Origin: an uncultured Gammaproteobacteria bacterium
GTDB lineage: Bacteria > Patescibacteriota > Patescibacteriia > UBA2196 > CAYSSY01
Assembly (NCBI GenBank): GCA_964434055.1
Contig: CAYSSY010000003.1
Span: 10,372 to 74,371 of the forward strand
Reading direction: 5' to 3'
DNA length: 64,000 nt
Under the pieces are notes generated by a model that saw nothing but the letters and a program-made list of their open reading frames with translations, did no database searches and was not told the DNA's origin. Shown in pieces: positions 1 to 8,720 of this stretch (position 1 is its first letter; each line of letters opens with the position of its first letter). Made by a program: the position numbers and the translations under genes.

Positions 1-239
1 AAAATTTTTCTGATTTTTTGCGATTATGTGTAACCTGATCGAGATAACCCAACAAAAAATCAATTATGCTTTCCAAAACATTCTGCAATCCTTTAGGCAC
101 TGACTTGATCTTAGTTTGTCTAAAGACTAACGCCAATGTAACAAAAAAAATCACAGCTAAAAAACTATTAATCAAAGAATTGGTGACCGGAAAACTGCCG
201 ATATGAAAAATAGGTTCAGCACTTAAACTAATATTCATA
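1..239 (-). CDS. atpB: F0F1 ATP synthase subunit a (5' part, runs off the window start)
   Basis: The minus-strand ORF starts with ATG at 239..237 and translates to MNISLSAEPIFHIGSFPVTNSLINSFLAVIFFVTLALVFRQ...GLQNVLESIIDFLLGY. This matches the conserved N-terminus of F0 subunit a (FxIGxFxITNS...PxGxQN). It lies immediately downstream of an AtpZ/AtpI-like gene, as in atp operons. Confidence 0.6.
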
Positions 240-271
240 ACTTAATAGTTTTTATCTATGATTTTAAATTA

Positions 272-547
272 TTAATTAAGATTATCTTTTTTATCTCGTT
301 GATTATCTGTGGGATAGACCATTTCCTTTATTCTTTCCGATTTCTTCCAGACCAAGTAAACTGCGCTGCCGATACCCAATAGTCCGCCTAAAAAGGTGAA
401 AACAAAATCACTGGAAATTTTTCTATCCAAATAGCGCCCAACCAGAGTAAAAAAAATAACTGGCAAAGCAATCGTATATGCCAGCTCCCAGCCAATGGCG
501 CTTGCGAGCAGCATCTTTCTTTTCTGGCTTGGATCAATTTTAAACAT
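272..547 (-). CDS. AtpZ/AtpI-family small membrane protein (ATP synthase protein I-like)
   Basis: It is 91 aa with two predicted TM helices (LLASAIGWELAYTIALPVIFFTLVGRYLDRK...FLGGLLGIGSAVYLVW), which fits the ATPase_gene1/AtpZ pattern. It sits directly upstream of atpB on the same strand. Confidence 0.5.
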   Translation of the reverse strand: MFKIDPSQKRKMLLASAIGWELAYTIALPVIFFTLVGRYLDRKISSDFVFTFLGGLLGIGSAVYLVWKKSERIKEMVYPTDNQRDKKDNLN

Positions 548-672
548 GCAATGAAATTATCAAAATTTGAACAATTTTCCAAAACTTCTGCAATCTTTCT
601 ATTTTCAGTTTAATATTCTATAAAAAAAAATTGAACTGGTCAAGACTAAAATTTTTTTTTGGCTAATTTAAG

Positions 673-990
673 CTATTTTTTCTGATCCTTTTCTTTACCA
701 ATATAAATACGAACTTGTTTGATTAATTTATCAAAAGCCATGTCTAAAGCTTCTCTGATAGTATGATCGTCTTCAGAAGCAGTAAAGCTTTTACCGGCTA
801 AAGTAAAAATAAATTCAACTTGATAGGCTGATTTTTTAGCAAATTGCTCGGCTTTGACATCAAGTTTAAACTGATCAATTGCTCTGCCGGCACATAATTT
901 TTCTAAACGTTTAATTTTCTCTTTTAAGTAATCTTCCAAAAAAAATTTTTCTTTTTCTTCAATACTCTTTAGATAAAAATTAACATTCAT
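673..990 (-). CDS. hpf: ribosome hibernation promoting factor / ribosome-associated inhibitor A family
   Basis: It is 105 aa. The sequence NVNFYLKSIE...DYLKEKIKRLEKL...YQVEFIFTLAGKSF..ASEDDHTIREALDMAFDKL is the typical HPF/YfiA fold signature. Confidence 0.8.
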   Translation of the reverse strand: MNVNFYLKSIEEKEKFFLEDYLKEKIKRLEKLCAGRAIDQFKLDVKAEQFAKKSAYQVEFIFTLAGKSFTASEDDHTIREALDMAFDKLIKQVRIYIGKEKDQKK

Positions 991-995
991 ATTCT

Positions 996-1973
996 TTATG
1001 TTAAACCAATAATTTTTTTAATTGCTGATAGATTCTTGTCGGCGATGCGACTTGCTTTGGCAGCGCCTAAACGCAAAATCTTTTCTATATATTTTTTATC
1101 TTTTAACAATTCTTCTCTTTTTTTTCTAATTGGGTTTAAAAAAGCAATAATTGATTCTGCTAAAACAGGCTTGAGTTCTGAATATTTTAATTGACCTTTT
1201 TGATAATCAACTTCAAACTTCTTAATCAGCTTTTCGTCTTGAACAAATTCTTTTAATAAATAAAGTAAATTCTGACCACCACCACTACCTTGAACGTTCC
1301 CGCTATCAGTGGTAGCACTCTTAATCTTACTTATTATTGTCTCTGGTGAATCAGACAAAGCAATATAGGATTTTGAACCCAAAGACTTAGACATTTTTTT
1401 ATTAGGATCTGACAAAGACATAATTCTCTTAGCTTGACTCAACTTAGGTTGTGGCTCGGGGAAAAATTGACCAAAACGATTGTTAAATTTGCGGGCGATT
1501 AAACGTGCCAGCTCGACATGTTGAACCTGATCCTCGCCAACCGGCACTATTCCTGCCTTATAGAGTAAAATATCAGCTGCCATCAAAACCGGATAATCAA
1601 AAAGACCCATATTGATATTGGCTTGCTGTCTTAAAGCTTTATCTTTATATTGAGTCATCCTTTCCAGCTCTGAGACCGGCGTTAAACAATTAAAAATCCA
1701 AGCCAACTCAGTGTGTTCAGAAACATGTGACTGAACAAAAATAATTGATTTCTCGGGATCAAGGCCACAAGCTAAAAAATCAACAGCAGTATCAAAAATT
1801 TGTTGCTGTTTTTTCTTGGGGTCAAAATCTTCAGTTAGTGAATGATAATCAACTACGCAAAAAATTGCTTGATAATCAGTCTGCATTTCTACCCACTGTT
1901 TAAGGGCGCCTAAATAATTACCTATATGGAGTTCGCCAGTCGGTTGAATACCGGAAAAAAGTATTGGTTTCAT
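996..1973 (-). CDS. trpS: tryptophan--tRNA ligase
   Basis: It carries the class I aaRS HIGN motif (GIQPTGELHIGNYLG) and the KMSKS motif. The 325-aa length is typical of bacterial TrpS. Confidence 0.9.
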   Translation of the reverse strand: MKPILFSGIQPTGELHIGNYLGALKQWVEMQTDYQAIFCVVDYHSLTEDFDPKKKQQQIFDTAVDFLACGLDPEKSIIFVQSHVSEHTELAWIFNCLTPVSELERMTQYKDKALRQQANINMGLFDYPVLMAADILLYKAGIVPVGEDQVQHVELARLIARKFNNRFGQFFPEPQPKLSQAKRIMSLSDPNKKMSKSLGSKSYIALSDSPETIISKIKSATTDSGNVQGSGGGQNLLYLLKEFVQDEKLIKKFEVDYQKGQLKYSELKPVLAESIIAFLNPIRKKREELLKDKKYIEKILRLGAAKASRIADKNLSAIKKIIGLT

Positions 1974-2075
1974 ATGTTTTTATTGTAACTGATTTTTGCC
2001 TGGCTGTAAACTAAAAAACGAGTTAATTTCTCGTTTTTAAAGCATCGGATGTCTTTAAAAAATATTTCAATAAAA

Positions 2076-3563
2076 TTAAATTCTAACAACTTGACCTGAA
2101 TCGGCATTGACTCTAATTTTGTCTCCATCATTAAATATCTGAGTAGCAATTTTTGTGCCAATAACACAAGGAATCTTTAGTTCTCGCGCCATGATAGCAG
2201 CGTGGCAGGTTATGCCACCTTGATCAGTCACAATCGCTGCCGCTTTTTTCATGGCCGGCACCAGCACCGGTACGGTTTTTTCAGAAACCAAAATATCACC
2301 AAATTCCATTTTAGCCATGTCTTCTAGATCATTAATTATTTTAACCTTGCCCGTCACTTGTCCACCATAGGCAGTCTGCCCAATCAAATTATTTTGAGAC
2401 AAATCAACTTGTTTTGGTTTGAAAAACTGCAGTGCCATTTTTTTTGCCTCAGCACCAGTATAAATTTTAATCTTATGATCAGTTAAAACTATAATTGAAT
2501 GCTGAATACGAGCATTAAGTTCATGAACGTTATGTTTATTATCAACCAAAGCGGCTTTCATTTCCTGAGGCAGAATATGCCTAACCTGAATCGGGGTTAA
2601 ATGTAACCGCTTGGCAATCTCATGAATTAATTTATCCATATAAAAATAAGACTGATACAAGATGTCTTTTCTTTTATTTTTCCACCACATTAATAACTGA
2701 GCATTTTTAAAAAGATAACCTAACTTTTCATCTTTATCAAGCTCGCACTCGCGCCAATATCTTCTTTGTTTAGCAGCAAAATCTTTTCGAGCAAGCTTCA
2801 TCTTTTTCAATTCTTTGAACGGATCTATTTTTCTGGAAAGTAAGTCTTTAGCTTGATCTGTAAAATATTCTTCAGTCCAAGCTTGACCCTCATAATCAAA
2901 AGGCAACCAGCAATACTTTTTAGTGTGGTCCGCAATAAGCTTCTTTGAATAACTATTATTGAGCTTCCTCTTTGATTTAATCAGCATCTCAAGAAAATCA
3001 ATTTGTTCTTGTTCACGGACAGTAGTGCGATTAAGTGTAGTCATGACAAAAAAATATTCACCAACTTGATTCTCTTTTTTCAACTTTTTTAACTTAACTA
3101 GCAATAATTTTTTTAGATATTCAGAAAAAAGATTATTCTGCCCCTCCGGAGCATTGGGCACCCAGCCATATAAATACATCGCAAAATAAAGCTTTCGGTA
3201 TTGAAGATAAAGACTCAATAGTTGATGATTGTTTTTTTTACTTAAATCGCTCCGATAAACAGAGTGGCTAAAATTAATCAATTTACAACAAGAGGCTTCT
3301 AGTTTTTTTAAACAGTGTTGAACCCATTTTTTGTCAGCCATGATTCTCTTAATGGTCTTTTTGGCAACTAAATCAAATCGCTTATTATCGACCGCCCAAC
3401 GATTTACACGTTGACGCCATTCACCAACCGCCGAACCAAAATTCAAACCAGTTATTTTTTGAAAGTGAAAACAAAGCATTTCACTCAACATTAGCAAAGG
3501 CCAAATAGAAACATTATAATTTGAGGTAGCATAACTAAATTTTTTTGGATCCAATTTTACCAT
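2076..3563 (-). CDS. PEP-utilising-enzyme mobile (phosphohistidine swivel) domain protein with an uncharacterised ~380-aa N-terminal domain
   Basis: The C-terminal ~110 aa (GQTAYGGQVTGKVKII...GDILVSEKTVPVLVPAMKKAAAIVTDQGGITCHAAIMARELKIPCVIGT) match the PEP-utilisers swivel domain, including the catalytic His in TCHAAI. No ATP-grasp (PPDK_N, GGK motif) region is recognisable. The ATG start is 3 nt downstream of the last paralog of the array. Confidence 0.7.
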   Translation of the reverse strand: MVKLDPKKFSYATSNYNVSIWPLLMLSEMLCFHFQKITGLNFGSAVGEWRQRVNRWAVDNKRFDLVAKKTIKRIMADKKWVQHCLKKLEASCCKLINFSHSVYRSDLSKKNNHQLLSLYLQYRKLYFAMYLYGWVPNAPEGQNNLFSEYLKKLLLVKLKKLKKENQVGEYFFVMTTLNRTTVREQEQIDFLEMLIKSKRKLNNSYSKKLIADHTKKYCWLPFDYEGQAWTEEYFTDQAKDLLSRKIDPFKELKKMKLARKDFAAKQRRYWRECELDKDEKLGYLFKNAQLLMWWKNKRKDILYQSYFYMDKLIHEIAKRLHLTPIQVRHILPQEMKAALVDNKHNVHELNARIQHSIIVLTDHKIKIYTGAEAKKMALQFFKPKQVDLSQNNLIGQTAYGGQVTGKVKIINDLEDMAKMEFGDILVSEKTVPVLVPAMKKAAAIVTDQGGITCHAAIMARELKIPCVIGTKIATQIFNDGDKIRVNADSGQVVRI

Positions 3564-3566
3564 AAA

Positions 3567-4427
3567 TTATTTACGTTTCATTATATAAATTGATTTGTTG
3601 TGAAAGGAATAACTAGGATCCTGGTCAATCTGAATTATCTTAAAAAATTTTTTAAATATCTTTTCATAATCACCTTGATAAAGCTGGGTAAATTTTGCAT
3701 CCAGGCCTAAGTTAAAAGATAAAGCACGATAAACTGCTTGATCTATCTTTTTACGCTTCAAGAAATTAAGCAGTGACTGTTCATACCACCCAAACTTGAT
3801 CTGCCACTTTTGTTGATCAAAATATTCTTTATTATGATTATTAATAAAGGCTTGATAAATAATTTCTTTATTGGAAAAATTCTTAAACCAGCCTGGCTTT
3901 TTTCGATAAAATTCGATCAGCGCTTTAAACTTCCCAGAGCGGATTTCCTTAGGTAAAAAAGACTTGTTCACCAAATAATAGCAACCATAAAGATAATAAC
4001 CACCATCTTTTAAATAATCATGAACATTTTTATGAAAAGATAAATAGTCTTTAAAGGCGATATTGTCCAAAGCTTCATCACTGATCACAAGATCAAAATA
4101 ATTTTTTTTAAATGGCTGGTCAAGCCAATTGCCTATTTTAAGCCGCTCTTTTGTTGGTTCGGTTTTCATAACGGTTTCCATAGCCTGAAACATTTCACGA
4201 TTAACATCAAGACAGGTGACTTGAAACTGGTGGCGGTTAAGCAGGTCGCGAAATTCCGGCGTTGAACCTAAAATTAAAGCGTGCTTATTTCTTTTCTTAC
4301 CAAATACTTTCTGCAAAAATTGGGAATATTTTTTAACTTCAAAAGGTGAAGGACGCCACGGCGGCGTCACTTTCAACCAGACGTCGGCATATTTTTTCCA
4401 ATTTTTATTAAATACCTTTTTAGACAT
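3567..4427 (-). CDS. Paralog 1 of a Rossmann / class I methyltransferase-like family (LGSTPEFRDL loop)
   Basis: The protein begins MSKKVFNKNWKKYADVWLKVTPPWRPSP, followed by ALILGSTPEFRDLL, VTCLDVNREM, FDLVISDEALDNI and LKDGGYYL. The ORF track extends to 4463, but the ATG at 4427 lies 1 nt after the paralog 2 stop and matches the MSK start of paralog 7. Confidence 0.6.
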   Translation of the reverse strand: MSKKVFNKNWKKYADVWLKVTPPWRPSPFEVKKYSQFLQKVFGKKRNKHALILGSTPEFRDLLNRHQFQVTCLDVNREMFQAMETVMKTEPTKERLKIGNWLDQPFKKNYFDLVISDEALDNIAFKDYLSFHKNVHDYLKDGGYYLYGCYYLVNKSFLPKEIRSGKFKALIEFYRKKPGWFKNFSNKEIIYQAFINNHNKEYFDQQKWQIKFGWYEQSLLNFLKRKKIDQAVYRALSFNLGLDAKFTQLYQGDYEKIFKKFFKIIQIDQDPSYSFHNKSIYIMKRK

Positions 4428-4428
4428 A

Positions 4429-5286
4429 TTATTTTTTAACTTGACCAAAGAAAAATAACGCATAATTCTTGGTGAAAAAGAAATTATCAGCTTGTTTAAC
4501 CGGCATTAGCTGAAAAAAAACTGTCATGTTTTTTTCCAATACCTCTTTCTCAACAAAAGTATGAATGATGTTGCTACGAAACCACCACATGGCGTCAAAA
4601 GCTTTTTGTGAAAGCTCACCTTTTTTATAATATAAATACAAATGATCAAACAATTTTTTCATATATAAACGACATTGCTTTCTATTGTAAATCTTAGGTT
4701 TTAGCTCACTGTTAATATAGAGTGATAAGAACATGTCAAACCAATGAGATACACCACGATCGAATTTTTGGGTTATTTTTTTGACCGAATCTGGCGCAAT
4801 CTTTGAATTAAAAACAAATTCCCTAATAATCAAATAACCATCTTTTTTTAAAAGCCGATGATTTTCTTTAAAAAAACGGCTGTGATCTTTAACACTGATA
4901 TTATTAGTGACGCCGTCGCCAATGACAACATCAAAAGAATTATCAGCTAAACCAGATTCCAACCAATCGCCAATAATTATTTTTTCTTTTTTATGACCAG
5001 CATATCTCATGAGTTTATTGCATTTCACAATCATATCAGTGCTAACGTCAAGAGTAACTAAACTACCACCTAATTCTAAAACCAAATCCCTAATTTCCGG
5101 CGTTGCCCCTAGAACTAAAGCTTTGAAATGCTTTTTATTTTTAACAGCTTTCATTATAAGCTCTCGGTAAACAGCGATAATACCTTTCGCGGCTGATGGT
5201 GCACCTGGATAATTTGAGCGCTCCATAGTTCTTTGATCAGCAATTTTATCCCGCCATTCTTTTTGTTTTCTTTTAGTTATTGACAT
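4429..5286 (-). CDS. Paralog 2 of the same family
   Basis: It carries ALVLGATPEIRDLV, VTLDVSTDM, FDVVIGDGVTNNI and LLKKDGYLIIRE. The ATG is at 5286. Confidence 0.6.
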   Translation of the reverse strand: MSITKRKQKEWRDKIADQRTMERSNYPGAPSAAKGIIAVYRELIMKAVKNKKHFKALVLGATPEIRDLVLELGGSLVTLDVSTDMIVKCNKLMRYAGHKKEKIIIGDWLESGLADNSFDVVIGDGVTNNISVKDHSRFFKENHRLLKKDGYLIIREFVFNSKIAPDSVKKITQKFDRGVSHWFDMFLSLYINSELKPKIYNRKQCRLYMKKLFDHLYLYYKKGELSQKAFDAMWWFRSNIIHTFVEKEVLEKNMTVFFQLMPVKQADNFFFTKNYALFFFGQVKK

Positions 5287-5289
5287 AAA

Positions 5290-6132
5290 TTATTTCTTTT
5301 TAGCTAAATAAAAACGAGAAAGTACTTGTTCACCCGGAAACTCGTCCAAAATTTTAAAGTATTTTTCAAAAGATGATAAATAAGTTTCTTTTTTAAAAAT
5401 TACTGCCTGTTTTTTACTATTCAGATAGATCTTGAGGCCAGCTAATTCCTTCTCGGTAATTCTGTTTTGTTTGTACCAATTATCAAGCAGAGTCAGGTGC
5501 TTCTTTAAATTATCAGAATAATCCTGATAATATATTTTTTCATCTTTTGCCCGCCACGTGCTCAAAAGAAGTAGCCAGCGTAAATCATTAACATTGATAT
5601 TTTTTTGGTGATCATAATGACTAATAATTTCAGCGAAACTTTTAAATTGAAAGGTTTTATCAAAATAGCCAGTTTGCTCAAAAAAATAGCCAGTATTTTT
5701 TAACCAATGATTAATATTTAGAAATAATTTTGGCAAGTCTACTCTGGACACCATGTTAACTGCCCAATCTGATAAAACTAAATCAAAATGATTTTGAGGA
5801 AGAGAAGCTTTTAACCAGTCGGCATTAATCAAAACTTCTTGGGCATAATTTTGTTTCATAAACCGGCGCATGGCAAGCTGCATGTTATGGTTGATGTCAA
5901 TACTGGTTAAATGCCAACCTCGGGCTAAACACAAATCACGTAATTCCGGAGTCGAACCCAACACCAAAGTTTTTATGTTTTTCTTTTTTATAAGCTGACT
6001 TAAATACTTTCGATAAATTTTTATCGAATATGGTGAAACACGCCCGGGCGGCAAAGTCACTCGCCAGTTTTTGACTAAGCTGGGAATAGAATTATCTGGA
6101 AAATATTGGCTTAAATTTTTTTTAAGCGTCAT
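5290..6132 (-). CDS. Paralog 3 of the same family
   Basis: It carries WRVTLPPGRVSP, TLVLGSTPELRDLC, TSIDINHNM, FDLVLSDWAVNMV and LKNTGYFF. The ATG start overlaps the paralog 4 stop by 11 nt. Confidence 0.6.
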   Translation of the reverse strand: MTLKKNLSQYFPDNSIPSLVKNWRVTLPPGRVSPYSIKIYRKYLSQLIKKKNIKTLVLGSTPELRDLCLARGWHLTSIDINHNMQLAMRRFMKQNYAQEVLINADWLKASLPQNHFDLVLSDWAVNMVSRVDLPKLFLNINHWLKNTGYFFEQTGYFDKTFQFKSFAEIISHYDHQKNINVNDLRWLLLLSTWRAKDEKIYYQDYSDNLKKHLTLLDNWYKQNRITEKELAGLKIYLNSKKQAVIFKKETYLSSFEKYFKILDEFPGEQVLSRFYLAKKK

Positions 6133-6976
6133 ATTTTTTCTTTAATAAATAAGCTGGCATCTGCATAGCACAAAAATGATAATCCTGACATTGCTCTAGT
6201 GGGGATATTTCAAAATCTTTGCTTAATAAATCTTCTAAATGATCTTTAAATAATAACATCATGTATTTGTGAGCATTACTATGCGCATCTTGATACCAAT
6301 TAAAAAAATCTTTTATTTCATATTTTTTGTTAATTTTCAAAAGCTCCTGGTAAACAGCATATGAATCAACTATAGTCGGCGATCTCAGACAAGGATTTAT
6401 ATAACTGGAATATTTCAAATAATTAAAAAGTTCTATGTCAGATAATTGACCCTCTCGACGGGCGGCAAAATAATTTCCAACCTGTTCTGGAGTAATCATT
6501 TTGTTGCTAGTAACCGCTACAACCTCTCGGGTTAAAAAATAACCACCAGGACTCAATATCTTACTAATTTTATTAAGTAATTTTATAAGTTCATCCAAAT
6601 TTAAAATTTGATTTAAAGAAGCATCGCCAAGAACCAAATCAAATTCACCTTCTTTAAATTTAGTGGTCAGCCAATTAGAAACCAGGTAGTGTTCGTTTTT
6701 CTCTGTTTGGTGCATTAACTTCTCCATTGCCAAAATCATGCCTTCATTCAAATCACAAACCGTAACTTCATAGCCGTGACTGGCCAGCAGATCACGAAAC
6801 TCGGGCGTGGAGCCGAGAGTTAAGGCTTTAGGATTTGCTTTTTTAGCCTTGATTGTTTTAATAACTTTCTCCCAAATTTTAAGCTGAGTTGGACATGGTC
6901 GTGAAGGCGGCTTAACTAGATCAACCCATGACCGAGCCATAATTTCCCAGGTTTCTTTGTTTTGTGCCAGAGACAT
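6122..6976 (-). CDS. Paralog 4 of the same family
   Basis: It carries WVDLVKPPSRPCP, ALTLGSTPEFRDLL, VTVCDLNEGM, FDLVLGDASLNQI and LSPGGYFLTRE. Confidence 0.6.
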   Translation of the reverse strand: MSLAQNKETWEIMARSWVDLVKPPSRPCPTQLKIWEKVIKTIKAKKANPKALTLGSTPEFRDLLASHGYEVTVCDLNEGMILAMEKLMHQTEKNEHYLVSNWLTTKFKEGEFDLVLGDASLNQILNLDELIKLLNKISKILSPGGYFLTREVVAVTSNKMITPEQVGNYFAARREGQLSDIELFNYLKYSSYINPCLRSPTIVDSYAVYQELLKINKKYEIKDFFNWYQDAHSNAHKYMMLLFKDHLEDLLSKDFEISPLEQCQDYHFCAMQMPAYLLKKKYDA

Positions 6977-6978
6977 AT

Positions 6979-7821
6979 TTATTGCTTCCTTTTTAGTTTA
7001 TAAATCCGAGACAGCTGACGGTAAACTGGGTGACAGGTGTCAGGCAGATACTTTTCAATTACAAAATATTTTTTAAGTAATTTTTCATCTTCTTGGCCAC
7101 TGTAGCCATAGGCCCAATATTTATGGCGTGGAATTATTTTTAAGGTTGCATCATTTAATTTTTTAATTTTTTGATCATTTTTCGCTAAAAATTTTAGTCT
7201 GGCAAAAAGCCGGTCGGCACTGACCTGTTTATTTTGACTGCCGCAACAAAAAACACCAAATGACCACAGATCACTGACCACTTTATCAGTCAATTTCTTT
7301 TGACTCATTTTCACAATCACCTTGTCTAAATCTAACAAGGCTTTTTTGTTAAAATAACTGAAAAAACGAGTAATAAAATAACCATCTTTTTTTAGTAAAT
7401 CATTGATATGCTGATACATTTGAAGTAAATCCCGACGGGGCACATTGCCAGTGACAAAATCACCAAAAACCAAATCGTAATAATTTTGCCTTAAGGGCGC
7501 GGTCGTCCAGCTTGCTTTAATCCAGGTTTCATTGTCTGTTTTTCTTTTCATTAAATTCGTCATGGCAATAATCATTTCCATATTAATGTCACACACCGTC
7601 ACTTTAAGCTGATGATATTTAGCAAACAAGTCTCGCAACTCTGGCGTCGAACCCAACAACAGCACTTGAACATTGTTTTTATTTTTAATTGCTTCGAACA
7701 TTAGTTTTTTAAAAGCCATAATATTGCCGAGAGAGGGCCGGGAGGGTGGATAAATTTTTAGCCAGGTTGCGGCAAAATTCCGCCAGGCTGCAGTATATTT
7801 TTTTTGAAGTGATTGAGGCAT
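6979..7821 (-). CDS. Paralog 5 of the same family
   Basis: It carries WLKIYPPSRPS, VLLLGSTPELRDLF, VTVCDINMEM, YDLVFGDFVTGNV and LLKKDGYFITR. Confidence 0.6.
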   Translation of the reverse strand: MPQSLQKKYTAAWRNFAATWLKIYPPSRPSLGNIMAFKKLMFEAIKNKNNVQVLLLGSTPELRDLFAKYHQLKVTVCDINMEMIIAMTNLMKRKTDNETWIKASWTTAPLRQNYYDLVFGDFVTGNVPRRDLLQMYQHINDLLKKDGYFITRFFSYFNKKALLDLDKVIVKMSQKKLTDKVVSDLWSFGVFCCGSQNKQVSADRLFARLKFLAKNDQKIKKLNDATLKIIPRHKYWAYGYSGQEDEKLLKKYFVIEKYLPDTCHPVYRQLSRIYKLKRKQ

Positions 7822-7822
7822 A

Positions 7823-8629
7823 CTATTTTTTCTTTAAAAAATAAACAGGGCAAAGATATGACAAGCGATGATCAGAAGCGTGTTTTTTGGCTGTGATCTG
7901 GAAATATTTTTTTAGCTTTTTTTCTTCATTAATTTCTGCGTCCTGAAACCAAGTTTTTTCAAAAGGATAATCTGCAATAAATCTTTGATACAAAATTTTA
8001 TATTTTCTTCTGTTAGAAAGTGCTTGCTTACGGATCATCTGCTTAATAATTTGTCTAACACTTCTAAAGTCAAATTGTTTTAGTTTTTTATTCCAAACCA
8101 CTGACTGCAAGGCAAATTGAAACTCGCAGATATTAGGATCTTTTTGATCGGCATAATGTGTGACAACAGCGCTTGCTTTTAAATTATGATCAAGCATTAT
8201 GTGGCGAGTTATAAATAAGCCATCTTTTTTTAATAATCTTTTTATCTCTAAGTAAAACTGGCTGCGCAAATTGAGGGGGATATTGGAAATAACAAAATCA
8301 CCCAAGATATAATCAAAATAATTTGTCTTTAAAGGTGTTTCAAGCCAGTTGGCAATAACCCATGTTTCAGCAGCGCTTTTATAAGAGTATTTCATTAGTC
8401 GCGAGGTTGAGACAAGCATCTCTAAATTCATGTCACAGGCAACCACTTCACATTTTAACTCATGTCCGAGATCACGATATCTAGGTGTGGCGCCCAAAAC
8501 CAAAACTCTAGCGCCGGTTCTCATAACTTTCTTCATTAAAGCAACTTCACCAAAGGATGGTATTATTGGTTCGCGGTAAATATGCCATTGATCAGCAATC
8601 TTTTTAAACCAGTTAATGTTTGAATTCAT
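7823..8629 (-). CDS. Paralog 6 of the same family
   Basis: It carries VLVLGATPRYRDLG, VVACDMNLEM, FDYILGDFVISNI and LLKKDGLFITR. Confidence 0.6.
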   Translation of the reverse strand: MNSNINWFKKIADQWHIYREPIIPSFGEVALMKKVMRTGARVLVLGATPRYRDLGHELKCEVVACDMNLEMLVSTSRLMKYSYKSAAETWVIANWLETPLKTNYFDYILGDFVISNIPLNLRSQFYLEIKRLLKKDGLFITRHIMLDHNLKASAVVTHYADQKDPNICEFQFALQSVVWNKKLKQFDFRSVRQIIKQMIRKQALSNRRKYKILYQRFIADYPFEKTWFQDAEINEEKKLKKYFQITAKKHASDHRLSYLCPVYFLKKK

Positions 8630-8639
8630 AAATGGTTGA

Positions 8640-8712
8640 GTTTTAGTAAGTGGTAGCCAGTAGTAAGTAACAGGGAGTAAGTAGTCGGTAAGCTATAGTC
8701 GTAAGTCATAAG
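8640..8712. repeat. Short tandem-ish array of (A)GTAAGT motifs in the paralog 7 / paralog 6 spacer
   Basis: The motif GTAAG(T) occurs at 8646, 8663, 8677, 8688 and 8701, spaced 11-17 nt apart, within the 91-nt gap between the paralog 7 stop and the paralog 6 start. Confidence 0.4.
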
Positions 8713-8720
8713 TCAGCCGA

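Noticed and set aside
1970-2167. 65-aa minus-strand ORF bridging the trpS start and the end of the PEP-utiliser gene
   Set aside because: It overlaps two well-supported genes in another frame and has a hydrophobic low-complexity translation. It is spurious.
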